From the IMG/VR virus record IMGVR_UViG_3300036790_000286, positions 3,319 through 67,318 of that record: a stretch of 64,000 nt of DNA; one strand, given 5' to 3'. A program made the translations under genes and the position numbers. This document shows, one piece after another, positions 63,458 through 64,000 of the stretch (positions are counted from its first letter, which is position 1; each line of letters starts with the position of its first letter). Source of the stretch: a virus. A model generated the notes under the pieces. It did no database searches and was not told where the DNA came from. It saw only the letters and a list, made by a program, of their open reading frames with translations.

Positions 63458-64000
63458 TTCCGCAACCTTTCTTCCGATGAACTCCGGATGGCCGCCAAAA
63501 TGTCAGTATTGACAGCGGGGCGCATCAGCCGGAAACGCCAGGCCAGTTCATCCTTCGGCTTGTTATCGCAAACGTAATTGAAGCGGTTGCGCCATGGCTC
63601 CTTCAGCCGCTCGAAGGAGATTTCATGGTGCAACCAAGCGCACATATCTCCGACCTGAGGATTTGCTTTCTCGAACGCAGCTTCGCACTCCGCCATTTCC
63701 TCCTGCCATGACCTAATATCTGCGATGAGTTCGTGTCCGCACCCGTTGGCGCAGATGGTCTGCGCCGCGTCGGCCTTGAGCTCGGTGAGGGCCGTGCACC
63801 CGTTGGCGTAGATGTACTGCGCCGCGTCGGCCTTGAGCTCGGTGAGGGCCGTGCACCCGTTGGCGTAGATGTACTGCGCCGCGTCGGCCTTGAGCTCGGT
63901 GAGGGCCGTGCACCCGTTGGCGTAGATGTACTGCGCCGCGTCGGCCTTGAGCTCGGTGAGGGCCGTGCACCCGTTGGCGTAGATGTACTGCGCCGCGTCG
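63454..64000 (-). CDS. LRR-like repeat protein (5' end outside window)
   Basis: The frame of ORF 63454-63696 stays open upstream through repeats of YANGCTALTELKADAAQYI. Confidence 0.7.
   Translation of the reverse strand, partial: DAAQYIYANGCTALTELKADAAQYIYANGCTALTELKADAAQYIYANGCTALTELKADAAQYIYANGCTALTELKADAAQTICANGCGHELIADIRSWQEEMAECEAAFEKANPQVGDMCAWLHHEISFERLKEPWRNRFNYVCDNKPKDELAWRFRLMRPAVNTDILAAIRSSSEERLRK
63739..64000. repeat. 57-bp tandem repeat, at least 4.6 copies
   Basis: Unit starts CGTTGG at 63744 (divergent), 63801, 63858, 63915 and 63972; no spacers. Confidence 0.95.

Larger units (their letters stand above)
1..64000. mobile_element. Tailed phage/prophage genome segment (podovirus-like), both ends outside the window
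   Basis: Portal, scaffold, capsid, tail/ejection, terminase, endolysin, replication and recombination genes are arranged in two convergent arms. No host housekeeping genes or att site were recognised. Confidence 0.95.

Noticed and set aside
63739-64000. 57-bp repeats near a Cas4-like nuclease as a CRISPR array
   Set aside because: The units are contiguous with no unique spacers and encode an in-frame peptide repeat; no cas operon.
1-64000. tRNA, rRNA, att sites, retron/RT, sigma factor or RNA polymerase
   Set aside because: None were recognised by eye; tRNAscan-SE, Infernal and HMM searches would be needed to exclude them.

Overview
The whole window looks like most of one tailed (podovirus-like, P22/T7-style) phage or prophage genome from a GC-rich diderm host (Acidobacteriota is a guess from protein style only). 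Left end: a partial tyrosine-recombinase-like gene lacking the box I Arg, then a replication initiator with iterons and small early genes. From about 5.9 to 48.0 kb on the + strand is the late region: secreted fibre-like proteins, lysis cassette with a lambda-R-type endolysin, portal, histidine phosphatase, scaffold, major capsid, tail and ejection proteins, a 4,097-aa DarB-like polyvalent protein and a split terminase. It is punctuated by eight copies of an ATGGTAATCT(CTG) promoter-like motif. From about 48.1 to 64 kb on the - strand is an early arm: N4/N6 methyltransferase, DnaB with a class 3 intein, a broken dual-frame C5 methyltransferase, HNH, HerA-like and Rad50-like ATPases, PD-(D/E)XK nuclease and an LRR-repeat protein. 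The strongest candidates for new biology are: (1) four late genes with Sec signal peptides cleaved at AxA/Q, three with even cysteine counts, suggesting periplasmic folding and post-lysis assembly; (2) three small +1-frame genes nested inside the giant protein next to its GGDEF-like, Acb1-like 2H and methyltransferase domains; (3) a 372-bp transposase-less cassette with 21-bp terminal inverted repeats and an 8-bp target duplication, carrying one passenger gene. All calls come from motifs read by eye; no database searches were run.
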